From Schmidtea polychroa (taxonomy: Eukaryota), in assembly GCA_044892525.1 (NCBI GenBank), contig CM097885.1, positions 225,494,001 to 225,558,000 of the forward strand: DNA of 64,000 bases, read 5' to 3'. Each line of letters starts with the position of its first letter. The first letter of the stretch is position 1. A program made the translations under genes and the position numbers. The notes below the pieces were generated by a model, which saw only the letters and a list, made by a program, of their open reading frames with translations, did no database searches and had not been told where the DNA came from. This document shows, in pieces, positions 27,401 through 38,899 of the stretch.

Positions 27401-27622
27401 TTTATCGTATACTATTATATCATTCCGTTTATCACGATTAAGAACATTTAGTTCATTAGAAGTTAGGGGTGGGTCTTTAAAAACTTTATCCATACAAAAT
27501 TTATTAATGTATATATTAATATAATTTCTATAATCAAAAACACCATCACAACAGTTATCATTCAAACTATCACAATCATTCAAAATCATACAACCCTTAC
27601 TCATATCATTAATTACCTTTAA
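24369..27622 (-). pseudogene. Gypsy pol (protease, RT, RNase H, integrase), frameshifted
   Basis: CLLDTGAKIS protease; RICLDYRALN and YLDDI RT; FILDTDASFDRIGAVLSQ RNase H; YVDFCGP, GQIERQFRTIR and YMGPGVI integrase. In the -1 frame relative to gag; the last frame stops at 24369 inside the 3' LTR. Confidence 0.92.
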
Positions 27623-28661
27623 TTTATTGCTCCGATCACCTCCTCGTGTGGTGGAGCATTCCCATTTGGGTACTCAAAATCAGCCTCTGGATCCTCGTCA
27701 CCGAATGCAGCCACTGATTTATGGAATTTTCGACGTCTGCCTGGAAATAACTCATGGTACTGATGTTTGAAATGTCCAGATCTTTTACAATGGGCACATT
27801 GAATATTGGGGCATTCAGATCTTCTATGACCTTCTTCGTGAACCGCCCAACATCGCAAAATTTGATTTTTTCGGAAATGATTTCGCGAATGAAATTCCCT
27901 GGTATTATAAGGCTTACTTCTATTCATAGGTTTCCATCCATTTGAAATAGCATATCGATGTTCTCTGGTAAGATCGCCTTTGAATCTTGGATTATGTTGA
28001 GGTTCTTTTGTATATTCATCTTTGAATCTGGGATTAGCTTCTCGTTCTCGAATTGATCTGTTATCATAACTATATCTTGGTAAGCTCTTCTTAACAGCAT
28101 CAGCATAGCGTTGTGTTTTATTCATTGAAGCTACATCAGCATGAAATACATTAATTTCTTTTGAAACTTGATCGTGTCTCTTTAATCTTTCTTTCATTTC
28201 ATCAAATGATTTTAAATCTTGCATTTTGAGATCTTTTTTAACTTCTTTATCTTCAAGCGAATTGAATAGCAAAATTTCTTTAGTTCTTCTTCATCAAGTT
28301 TATGCTTCAAAATATTTTTGCAAGTTTCTCAATTTTTGAGCAGAATTCTTCGGCAGCCTCATTTACTTGACGATAATTTAGCGCTTCGTTGAGATCATCG
28401 ATAAGCGTTTCTTAATCTTTTTGTATAATGCAGAGTTTCATTAGTCAACTCATATTTCTTCGTTGAATTGATTGATAGAAAAGCTTTGACGAATTTGCTT
28501 CTGTATTCATCGACGATATTTGTCATCTCGAAGAATCGTTCCGTTTCTTAGATAAAATCTTCCACGTCTGAATCCATGTCATATGTTTCTGGTGGCTTGA
28601 TAAAATTTGCAATCGTGGTCACCATATTAGCCACAGAGCTACGGGTATTAATAAAATCCAT
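27619..28661 (-). pseudogene. Gypsy gag whose frame begins inside the 5' LTR
   Basis: MDFINTRSSVAN|MVTTIANFIKPPETYDMDSDVEDFI..., two CCHC-like knuckles (CWAVHEEGHRRSEC, CAHCKRSGHFKHQ), ends EVIGAIN*. Internal stop and frameshift. Confidence 0.85.
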
Positions 28662-28836
28662 AACTAAAACACGTTTATTATAAAAACACAAATATTATTA
28701 AAACAAATTATAACGTTAATTTGTTTGAGGAGTTTCTAAAAAATAATAATTAATGTATAAGTAAGGATTTCAGCATACAATCAAACATGCACCACATCAT
28801 ACCATTATTTAAATACAAATTACAAAACGCCTCACA
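28625..28836 (-). repeat. 5' LTR of the Gypsy provirus (TG...TA termini)
   Basis: Starts TGTGAGGCG, ends GGCTAATA, followed immediately by the TGG of the PBS; AATAAA near 28680. Confidence 0.93.
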
Positions 28837-29699
28837 TGTAATTCTATGAAAATATTAATTTGTTAAAGTAATTTATTAAAATTTACGATTTGCGATTTTT
28901 TTTCTGCAAATTCAAAGTTTTCGAAGGACCTTCTTCAATATTTGAAATGCTATCTTCACACAAAGGCAGCGTTTGCCAAGAAATATCTGTTATACTGTAA
29001 AATATTTTAATGTTTTATATTTTAATGAATAAATCTTACATTGTCAAATTTTTACCTTCGCAAAAAGGCACTGTGTTCTGGAGAAATATCTGTAAATCTA
29101 AAGAATGTTTATATTCTAAATTATTTTATAATAAAATCTTACGATGTATTTTCTTCTTTTTCTATGAAGCTAAATGCAGAGCAGTCAGATTCTGAATCAA
29201 ATGTTTTTTTATGCATAACTTTTTAAATAATTTGAAAATATTAATATGTTAATTATATGTTAATCAATGTTAATTTCGGGGAAAAAACACTACATTAATT
29301 TTGCATGTATTTTTCATTATGTATGCTGTGTTTGTATGCTAAATTATTTTTCTCTCACTTTTTAGATTCCTATAATAAATATTTTAACTTTCGAAGCATT
29401 AAACCTTTACACACAGGTAAGTTTGTGTGTTCCTATAATATAAATTTATTGATTTTTTTAAGATTATAGGCTATGCTAACTTTCGGAATTAGGTGTAAAT
29501 ACGTATTATATTACATACCTATCTATACAAACCTATTTAGTATATAGGCTTGGTTTCTACCTTTAGTTTCATATACTCATGACTGCTTATTTGTTTACGC
29601 CTTGTAATGGCTTTTATTGTGCCTTGTGATAATTATTTTTACCTTTTTGTTTTGCTTTATTTGTTCTGTGTCTTTATTTATGTCTTCATCTGTCCACAA

Positions 29700-31050
29700 T
29701 AATAAAATCTGCCTGTTTATAATATTTGTAACCTGAACTACCAAAGCCCCAATTAAATGCTTTCTGGATGATCAGAACGAATACATTAAAGCCTATTACC
29801 AAACACAATATCACGACACAAGATCATTTATTCATTCACCCACCAACACTTATCCAAAATATAAGGAATAATAAAAGAACAAAATCCAAATTATATTTCA
29901 GAAGCAGCCCTGTGAAAATACAGGACTAGAGCGAGTCTCAATTGAAAAAAAGATGATGAAGCAGTTTCTGGCATCTCGCAGAAGAAAGGTCCGTTAAAAG
30001 GACCAATCTGTCTCTTCGGAGCAGATTTTTATTTAAATAAAATTTATTAAAAAGGTGTTACAGGATGTTGGTAAAGCAACTTTCAGATTTTCCGAACAAT
30101 CTAAACGCTTGCATAAATTCTACAATGCTTATAGGAAGCTACTTCCTCAGATCGATAAGCCCTTCAATTCCTCCTTCGCAGATCGATAAACATCAAAAAT
30201 TAAGGAGATAGGAGCGTTGACACAACTAGATCCTGATCGTATCCACTCTGGAACATTGCCACTCCTCAACTTATTATTCCAAAAACTCGAAAATAGCTCC
30301 GACATAACTATAATCTTCAACTCAAGAGACCCGGAGATGGATCTAAATATGATCAAATTCTACAAGATTCTATCCAAATTATCAGATCATTTTGAATCCT
30401 TCGATAAAGACTTTACCTGTCAATGGGATGGATTAACCCATATGACCAACAATCCTGAAGAAATTACAAATGGACCAGACTGGCTAAAATAGCTACCCTA
30501 CCAGACAATGATATTGGTAAACAAATATCAAATCTAAGAAGAAAACGAAAAGCAATCCCAATAATGTGAAACAATCTAAATTCAAAAAACCCAAAAGAAT
30601 CGAAGCAAAGAGAATCTTATCCTTCTTCTTTTATGATTTTATGCCTTATGTTATTGTAGGGTACCTTTCCGGGCTGATGAAGTATTTCCATCCCCAGTTA
30701 AGAGTTTCTCACCAGATAACAGTCAGAATCAGTGACAAGGGAAACCGTCTTTGCATTCGGCAATGAACTGAGGCCCAGAATGACCAAAAAAACAATATCC
30801 CCAACTTAAATCAAGAAAATAATTCATGTTTCAATGAAACCCAGTAGATCTAATAATAATATGAACCACAAAAAATCAAAATCAAAGCTAATTTACCAGA
30901 AGAACATCCTGAAAATCAAGAAAAGCAACCTAAAGAATGCTGAAATTCAGCCCACATTTCATAAAAAAATATCAAATCCCAAATCAAGTAACAAAATAAC
31001 AAAAGCCAGTCTCCTTCATTTCAAATTTTTGATCCTGGGAAAAATCTATG
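29700..31050 (+). mobile_element. Fragment C of the non-LTR-associated family (N-terminal region, no RT)
   Basis: 30240-30719 matches 21030-21517; decayed coding-like sequence on both sides; truncated at the hAT MITE. Confidence 0.55.
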
Positions 31051-31051
31051 C

Positions 31052-31387
31052 CTCAACTCGTGTTCCGCGAAAAAAATGACATTTTATCTTTAAATTTACA
31101 TTTAAGATACATATCATCAAAAACCTCAATTAATTTTTTTATAAGATGATTCATTAAGAAAGCCGTTACACAGATATATAAACATACAAATATAAAAGTG
31201 TTTTTATTGCTTGTTATTGTTGCGCGTGGTATTTTCTTTGCTTATAAGACATTGATTACGTTTACGACAGATTTATAGTACTCTGTGATTGGTCACTCAT
31301 TGTGGGCAAGTATTTTTTGTCAGTGTTCCGCGTAATAAAAACCATGTGAATGGTGTTCCGCGCTTTTATGTTAATTGAGAACCACTT
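31052..31387 (-). mobile_element. hAT MITE, truncated inverted copy of 38208-38589
   Basis: Reverse complement matches 38208-38530; TIR ...TTGAGAACCACTT at 31387; the left TIR is missing and there is an internal deletion between GTGTTCC repeats. Confidence 0.88.
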
Positions 31388-31391
31388 GGTT

Positions 31392-32512
31392 TGGATAGAT
31401 CACGCCCTTTAAATTCAAGTTTGGTAGTTATTTCGATATTCTTTTATTTTTGTACAATTTTTATTTATATTACTTCTTCTAGTTTTTCGATATTGTTTTA
31501 TTCTTTTCTAATTTTCGTTCTCATCTTCTGTAGCAACTGACGTTTTTAGATTTTCACTTGGTTATTCTTTTGAAATTTCCTTCATCTTGTTTCAAATGTT
31601 TTATAAATTATATTTCCAACTTCCTAATTTTTTAAATTCTTTTATTGATTTTTTAAATTTTTTATATATAGTTTCTTTTAATCTTTTTAAAAACGCGACA
31701 TGCGCCAAACGAAATAACTAAACCTTGCAAAACCTTGTTAAAAAAAGATAAAATATAACTATACATTACACAACTTCCCCTTTTAAAACCGGAGGTTAAC
31801 ATGAATCAACATAAAGTAGCATGAAAAGTAACATTCAGTAACATTTTTTTATTTTTCTTTGTATGTTTTGTATGTTTTTATATGTATTTTGTTTCTGTTT
31901 TTTATATATGTATAACCTGCATAAAACAAAAAAAATTATGTACTGTTCCGTAAATACTACAAAAAAAATGTACAACTGATTTTGTTTGTGCTTGTGCTCA
32001 GTTTGAGTGAGTTTTATTTAAGGCATTCACTGTATTGTTTTTTGTATGGTGGAGTGATTATTGTGTCTTTGTCGAATAGTAGTTTGATTGAGTTTTTGAG
32101 GTTGAATGTGATGTTTTTGTGAATTGGTTGTGTTTTTGTTTGTGTTTGAGTTTGTGTTTTGTTTTTTAAGGGATTGTTTTGCGGATTTTGGTTCTGGTAG
32201 TAAGGATTTATTCGTCTTATGTTTATTTTTATTGTGTTGTTGTTTGTAATTATTGTGGCAGCGTTTTTGTTGATTGATAGGAGTTTGAATGGACCTTCGT
32301 ATTTGGATTCGAAACCTCTTGTGAATGGTTTTTTAATTAGAATGAAATCTGTTGTTAGCACTGTTTTTCCATCCGATTCAGAGTCCGGTCTCCTTTTAAG
32401 ATTCCTTTTGGGTTTTTTCTATATTTCCGCTGTTTTTGTTAGTTGTTTGTTTCTGTTTTATCTGCCGTTTTGTTTTTGAGTGATGGGAGGTTTGATTCTC
32501 TGCCAAAAGCTT
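31392..32512 (-). mobile_element. 3' remnant of another Gypsy element (integrase tail, PPT, probable LTR)
   Basis: AFGRESNLP then FESKYEGPFKLLSI (GPY/F module); AAAAGGGGAAG PPT followed by TG near 31772. LTR limits are approximate. Confidence 0.65.
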
Positions 32513-32514
32513 TA

Positions 32515-33921
32515 CAGGGTTTTGAAGTCTATTTGGTTTTATTTATATTTTTTCAAATCAATTTCTATTCAATTTAGTTTTAAGTCAAATCAATTTGGTT
32601 TATATAAATTAGATATTAATTCAAACATTACATTTTCTTAAAACCGAAATCGCCCCAATGGAAAATAATTCACAGAACTCTCACACATCACCAAATGAGA
32701 ACTATATTACACCATCTATAGCCGGAGATATTGTTGAAATTGATGGTACTCACAGGAGGGGTGAATATAAAACAGTAAATGCAGAAACACGACTGAGAAT
32801 TTTAACGCAATATCAGAATGGAAATGATGCGAATTTTATATCTAAATACAAGTCCATTCCCATTTCAACTATAAGAAATATTTTATCGGTCTTCAAAAAC
32901 ACGGGAAGAATGGTCCCATTGCCAAAGGGTGGAGCAAAAAATGTAAAATTGGGCGAAGAGCAGAAACAATACATAAGCAATCTAGTGGATGAAGATTGTA
33001 CGATATCTTTGCGCAAACTCAAACACAAAGTCGCAGAACAATTTAGCATAACGGTGTCGGAATCAACTATTTTCTATTGTTTGAAAAAATTGCACTATTC
33101 AATGAAAAGGATTTCGCTTATTCCCACCCAACGCAATGACGAACAATCGATTGTTGCGAGAAGGCTGTATGCATCAAAATTTATGGAAATCGAGGAAACT
33201 TATAATGGAAGAGATATTTATTACTTGGATGAAGTTGGTGTGTCACTATGATGCAAACGTGGTAGGTCTACAGTAGGAAATCCGGTGGTATTAACTGTGC
33301 CCAATATTAGGTCTAAAAACCTTTCTGTTTGCTGTGTGATGACAAGAAATGGCGTTAAATTTTGGAAAGTAAATCATAATCCGTACAACACTGAATCATT
33401 TATTGGATACATCGACGAGTTTGCTGATTTTATTCTCGAAGAAAATATTAGAAATTCAATATTAATAATGGACAACGTTGCATTTCACAAGAGTGCACGT
33501 ATTAGGAATTTATGCGCTGATCGAAATATTGACATTGAATTTCTACCTCCGTACTCCCCCTTCCTCAATCCAATTGAGAATCTATTTGCCAAGTGGAAGG
33601 AATTTGTAAGAAGGAGTAATCCGATGAGTGAAAATGATTTGTTACTTGCTATGGAAGAAGGATTGAGGACAATAACGGAAAACGATTGCGAAGGATATTA
33701 TCGAAATATGAGGAAATATATTCGGCTTTCGATTCAGGGATTAAGTATTGTTGATTAAAATGTTGACGTTTTCGATTTATGTAAAACTTTTAAACTACGT
33801 GTAAATGTAATCTAAACCAAATTGATTTGACTAAAAACCAAATTGAATAGAAATTGATTTGAAAAAATATAAATAAAACCAAATTGATTTAAAAAAAAAC
33901 CAAATAGACTTCAAAACCCTG
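32515..33921 (+). mobile_element. Tc1/IS630-like DD34E transposon with both TIRs
   Basis: TA|CAGGGTTTTGAAGTCTATTTGG and its inverted match ending 33921|TA; ~90-110 bp TIRs built from AAATCAATTTGGTTTT subrepeats. Confidence 0.95.
32658..33758 (+). pseudogene. DD34E transposase with one in-frame TGA (33249-33251)
   Basis: ORFs 32658-33251 and 33285-33758 are in the same frame; YLDEVG, IMDNVAFH, LPPYSPFLNPIE with 34 residues between the second D and the E. Confidence 0.92.
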
Positions 33922-33923
33922 TA

Positions 33924-35920
33924 TATGCGGAAAATATGGAAACTCATGATAAACTTCTATTTGAAGTATTCACACAAATTAGAGATGCCGGTATGAAAGT
34001 TAATCCTGGGAAATGCGCGTTCTATAAAAGCGTATTAAATTTCCTTGGAAATACAGTGAGTGAAAAGGAAATTCAAACAAATAAAAGAAAGATTTCAGAA
34101 ATTGAAAATGCAACCGAACCAAAATGTGTCACAGAATTGAGATCATTCTTAGGTTTAACGAATTATTATCGACGGTTTATTAAGAATTATTCAATAATAG
34201 CAGCACCTTTGTATGCAACAACGACAGGTAATGATAAAATGATTGTTTGAACTGAAGATTGTAGAAAAGTTTTATCAATTTAAAGAAACCTTTGTGTGAA
34301 GCACCAATATTAGAATTTCCAAGGTCAGATCGAATATTTATCCTTGATACGGATGCTAGTTTTGGAACCATAGGTGCAGTTTTATCTCAGATTAAGGAAG
34401 ACGGTACTGAAGGAGTGATAACATATGGTTCAAGACATTTGACAACACATGAAATGGGATATTATGTTACTAGAAAAGAGTTGTTGGTACTCCACGAGTT
34501 TATTGTACATTTCAGACAATATTTATATGGAATAAGATTAGTAGCCAGAACAGATCACAAGGCATTGGTGTTTATGAACAAGACAAAGAAACCAATAAGC
34601 CCACAGTTTCAAACATGGATGGCAAATTTTTCTGAATACGATTTTGAGTTACAATATAGGAAGGGAGAAGAACATGGTATGTCTCGTTTAAATAATACGA
34701 TATACTCTCATTGTCAGATGAAACACAATGACGACAAAGAAACAAAGTGTAGAACTCGGTACATAAATAGTCTACAAGGAAGTTCAAACATTATGGAAAT
34801 TATTAAACAGAAGCGAAACGAAGACAAAATTATTTCAGAAATCATATCACATCTTAATGGAAATGAGGCACATATATCTTATGAAACAATCAGTAGTAAT
34901 ATTTTCAAGTATTTAAAAATATTACAGATACAAGACGACGTATTGATGATTAATACAGATAGAAAAATTGCAGTTGTAGTACCTAACACGTACGTAAAAA
35001 CATTGGTAAATTATTTTCAAATTGAATTATGCCATCTGAGCACTAAGAAGACCTTATGTTATTTAAAGGATTTTTTTCTTTTGGCCATCCACGAATCAGA
35101 GTATTACGGAATGTATTAACAAATGCAAGATCTGTGCTAGTAGAAAAATTGATCAAGAAAGAACAAAGGAAATCCTATTGCCAAGAACAGGAGAACGGGT
35201 TTTAGAACAGATAGTAGTGGATATTGCATATATGGAAACAAAAGCAAGTAAGAAATATATGATAGTGATAATAGATCGTTTTAGTAAATTGGCCAGTTTA
35301 TCAGCAACACGTACACAGGATAAATCAACGACTTTGAATGTCATTCTGAATAATTGGATATATCGGTTTGGTAGACCAGAAAGCATTCTTACAGGTCGAG
35401 GAAGAATTTTTGAAGGGTCAATGTTTCGTTATTGGATGAAAAAATTTGACATAAAACAAGAATTTAGTTCACCATACTAACATCAATCAAATGGTTTAGC
35501 TGAACGAATAATAAAAACAGTTCGGGACATGCTGACAACATCACTGACAGATATTAGAACAGAGAATAATTGGTGCAAATTGTTACCAAAGATTGAAATT
35601 AGTTTGAATGCTACAGTACAAAACTCGACAAATATTTCACCTTTTGAAATTGTATATGGTCGGAAGATTAATTTATATTCTAGATTAGGAGACATACAAA
35701 AAAGCAGAAAACACATTATAGATAAAACAAAAATAAATTTAGAGAAAGCAGCGACGACAATGAAAAATAGAGATATGGACAAGCGAGATACTCGAGTATT
35801 CATGGTGGGAGAGTAAGTATTAGTTCGTTTGGAACCACATAGACGGAAGAAGGAGGGAATTCAATATGAGGGACCTTACAAAATTTTAAATTTCTTATCA
35901 CCAAGACAAGTTGAATTATT
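33924..35920 (+). mobile_element. Degraded Gypsy pol (RT C-terminal half, RNase H, integrase)
   Basis: GMKVNPGKC, LRSFLGLTNYYRRFI, FILDTDASFGTIGAVLSQ, IVVDIAYM, SNGLAERIIKT, IQYEGPYKI. Begins mid-RT directly at the Tc1 right TIR. Confidence 0.92.
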
Positions 35921-36059
35921 AAGTAATTATTACGTAATCGATAATTAAAACAAAATTAAAAATAAATATATAGTGGCCTGTCAATATATATATATACCCC
36001 ACTCATTTGCTCAAAAAATAGTTTGTGAAAGTCGAGGGGATTCCTGTTGGGCTGATTAC

Positions 36060-36304
36060 ACACATCTATCTACTCCGGTGATATCTGTTTCTTGCGAGAG
36101 AGCATTCAGCAAAATGAAATTAATCAAAAGTTATTTAAGATCGGCAATAGGCCAAAAAAGATTAACTAATTTAAGTATTTTATCAATAGAATTTGATAAA
36201 TTTTTCCGTCTGAAAGCAAGAAAAATAAAATTTAAATAGTGCTTCTATATTTCTCATTTTTGTCAGTTTGCCATTGGCGCTAAATAATCTAGTCCCCGTG
36301 CTAA

Positions 36305-36305
<1 letters not shown>
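36060..36305 (+). pseudogene. hAT transposase dimerisation-domain remnant and probable right end
   Basis: PVISVSCERAFSKMKLIKSYLRS...RLTNLSILSIE...KARK. Confidence 0.8.

Positions 36306-36310
<5 letters not shown>

Positions 36311-36392
<82 letters not shown>
36311..36392. repeat. (AT)n microsatellite
   Basis: About 41 units, read directly. Confidence 0.98.
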
Positions 36393-36395
<3 letters not shown>

Positions 36396-37539
36396 TAAAT
36401 TATTACATAAAATTTATAAAAGTCGATATGTAAAATAAAAAATAATACCAACATTTTACATGAGCATTTGCAGGACCACCTTCTTGTGATTTGCGTTTCC
36501 TATCTATTTCTAAAATGTTTCATTATCATAAAAATGTATTAATAACAATAGCAATAATATACTTATCGGTACATTCACATAGGTTTCTTAAAGAAAATCA
36601 TCTTAAACATATTCATAAAATTTTATCAAAAATTATATTAATAAATTTACTTTTCGTCCTATAGAGTTTCTATTGTTATTAGATGTACACTTATTTTCAT
36701 CTAAAATAAAATTAATAAAGAAAATTATATGATTAATAAAAATTTACCATTTTCATTCAGGAGCATTTTGTTTCTTGAAAAATTTCATAGTTCAGAAAAA
36801 GTGAAATTTCTTATGTTGGCGGTGGGCGGGCAAGGAGCGTGATGGCTGTTGATGATTTTAATCTTTGTCTTTTTGAATAAATGTTTATCAACATGTTTTG
36901 TGGTGAAATGTTGATATAAAAAATTTTGTCATTAAAAGTTTTGAAATTTTGAAATAAGAAATTTAGTTTGGAGATTTTTTAAAATTTGGGAAATTTTTTA
37001 TGGGGATTTTTTGAGTTTAGAAGATTTTTTTTGTAAATATCATTGTATATTTCCTATACGGATGATTTCCTAAAATAAATAAATTTATTTCAAAAAGTGT
37101 TCTAAGTGAGTTGGTCTACATATTTTTCAAACTTTTTCTGAGTATTATTCATTGTTTCATCACGTGTTAAAGAATAGGAATTTATTTCTATAATGTAAGT
37201 TTATTTATATTTGATAATATATGAAAGTTGTTATATTATGGCAATTGATAATGATGCGATTCACTCTCGTCATGTGTTGAAATATATTATTTTAATTCTA
37301 TAATATAAGTTTGTCTTAGCTTCATAATATAAAGAAGATGTTATATTATGTCGTGACTTATATTGTAATTTGGAGACTTTGGGGCTAATTTCCATGGAAA
37401 CTAAGCATTTTTTGTATACACACAGCATATATTTTTGTGACTTACATAAAATTCTAAGTCGACCTAGTTATTTTCCACATGGGTGGTCTGGATGAGACAC
37501 ATCCATCTACTCATATTTTATTCGAGAAATACCTATTTT

Positions 37540-38850
37540 ATAAATAAACGCATTTACTCGGGTAAAACTGGAAAAACAAGAAGGTTACGATAGTTATAAG
37601 GCAACTTTCTGAAAAATTCATGGATTCTAGAAGATGCATAACTTGTGTTAAATTTTTCACTACCATGAATTTAGCAAAATATCTTCAAAGAAACCTTAAT
37701 TGGAACGGATAGAAAAATAAGAAGATTTTTGCCGTAAACCCCTGTGAAAATAGTAAAGTAACAGGTTCGGAATTCATTTTTCACGAGAATAAATATACAA
37801 TTGTTTGTTTCACTGAAAAATCAAACAAATCTGTAATCATATCAGCCAAATATTGGAGAAAGTCTATATTAGATAACAATAAACCTAAAATCTTTCAATT
37901 CTTCAATGAAACCAAAGCAGGGGTTGATACACTTGATCAGTTGATTTGCCTTTATACTGCCAAATGAAACACAATATGTTGGCCTTGAATTGCTATTTAT
38001 ACCATTTTGAATATTGCTTGAACTATTAATTTATTCACTAATTATTTATAAATCTAAGTATCCGGATTTCTAAAACAAACATAAAAACCGAGGTAAAGGA
38101 AAGCCTATTGTTGATTTTGTATAAAATATTAAGGGGGCTTAAGAAAAGTGAATCATTTTTTTCCAATTCAAAATTTAATTAATATGAACTAAAGAAACGC
38201 CTTAGATAAGTGGTTCTCAATTAATATAAAAGCGCGGAACACCATTCACATGGTCTTTCTTACGCGGAACACTGACAAAAAATACTTGCCCACAATGAGT
38301 GAACAATCACAAATTACTATAAATCTGTCGTAAACGTAAACAATTTCTTATAAGCAAAGAAAATACCACGCGCAACAATAACAAGCAATAAAAACACTTA
38401 TATTTGTATGTTTATATATCTGTATAACGGCTTTCTTAATGAATCATCTTATAAAAAAATTATTTGAGGTTTTTGATGATATGTATCTTAAATGTAAATT
38501 TAAAGATAAAATGTCATTTTTTTCGCGGAACACTGGAAGCGTAATTGTGGAACACTGATGTTCCGTGGAACACGGGTTGAGAACCACTGCCTTAGATGTT
38601 AAATTTCTCCGCGTCAAAAAGATTCAAATATATTCTCGTTGTGATATATGTAAAAAGCCTATGATATGTCTGTGATCATTGTATTTTGATAATAAATTGT
38701 TCTTTTTATTATTTTAATTAGTACACATGTTACTAATTTTTATGGAGGTAAAAACGAGGTATAAGAAAGCGAACTCTGTATAATAAAAAAAATCAGTTTA
38801 CATTGATAGAGGCGCATAAAAATGGCACAGGCGTATGAAAGTAAATAATG
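37540..38850 (+). mobile_element. Degraded piggyBac transposon interrupted by a hAT MITE
   Basis: ITCVKFFTT, LIGT, KPKIFQFFNETKAGVDTLDQLICLYT...WP...ILNIA; Cys-rich tail KRLRC...PRQKD...CDICKKP rejoined across the MITE. Confidence 0.8.
38208..38589 (+). mobile_element. Complete Buster-type hAT MITE
   Basis: TIRs AAGTGGTTCTCAA / TTGAGAACCACTG; perfect 8-bp TSD CCTTAGAT (38200-38207, 38590-38597) with central TA. Confidence 0.93.
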
Positions 38851-38899
38851 TCAGACAGTTTTTGATGTTTTCCACGAACATTAAATTCTGTTTTAGAAT

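Larger units (their letters stand above)
24244..28836 (-). mobile_element. Structurally complete Ty3/Gypsy provirus (4593 bp) with disabled ORFs
   Basis: Two 212-bp LTRs differing at about 4 positions, TGTAA TSD (24239-24243 and 28837-28841), PBS TGGTGACCAC at 28624, G-rich PPT next to 24455, order gag-PR-RT-RH-INT. Confidence 0.95.
23788..29495. mobile_element. Non-autonomous Tc1/mariner-type element (~1.1 kb) split by a Gypsy insertion
   Basis: TA|CACCTAATTCCGAAAGTTAACAT at 23788 and its inverted match ATGCTAACTTTCGGAATTAGGTG|TA ending at 29495; TA on both sides; no transposase seen. Confidence 0.75.

Noticed and set aside
27619-27675. Canonical -1 slippery heptamer at the gag-pol overlap
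   Set aside because: The frames overlap in -1, but AAATTAA is not a clean X XXY YYZ site; mechanism left open.
28610-28624. Assigning the priming tRNA from the PBS (TGGTGACCAC / TGGCGACCAC)
   Set aside because: It resembles the complement of some tRNA-Arg 3' ends from memory, but needs this organism's tRNA set.
33249-33251. Selenocysteine or programmed readthrough at the transposase TGA
   Set aside because: A simple nonsense mutation in a decaying element is the more parsimonious explanation.
31052-38589. Composite transposon bounded by the inverted hAT MITEs
   Set aside because: The outer TIR of the left copy is missing and the right copy has its own TSD.
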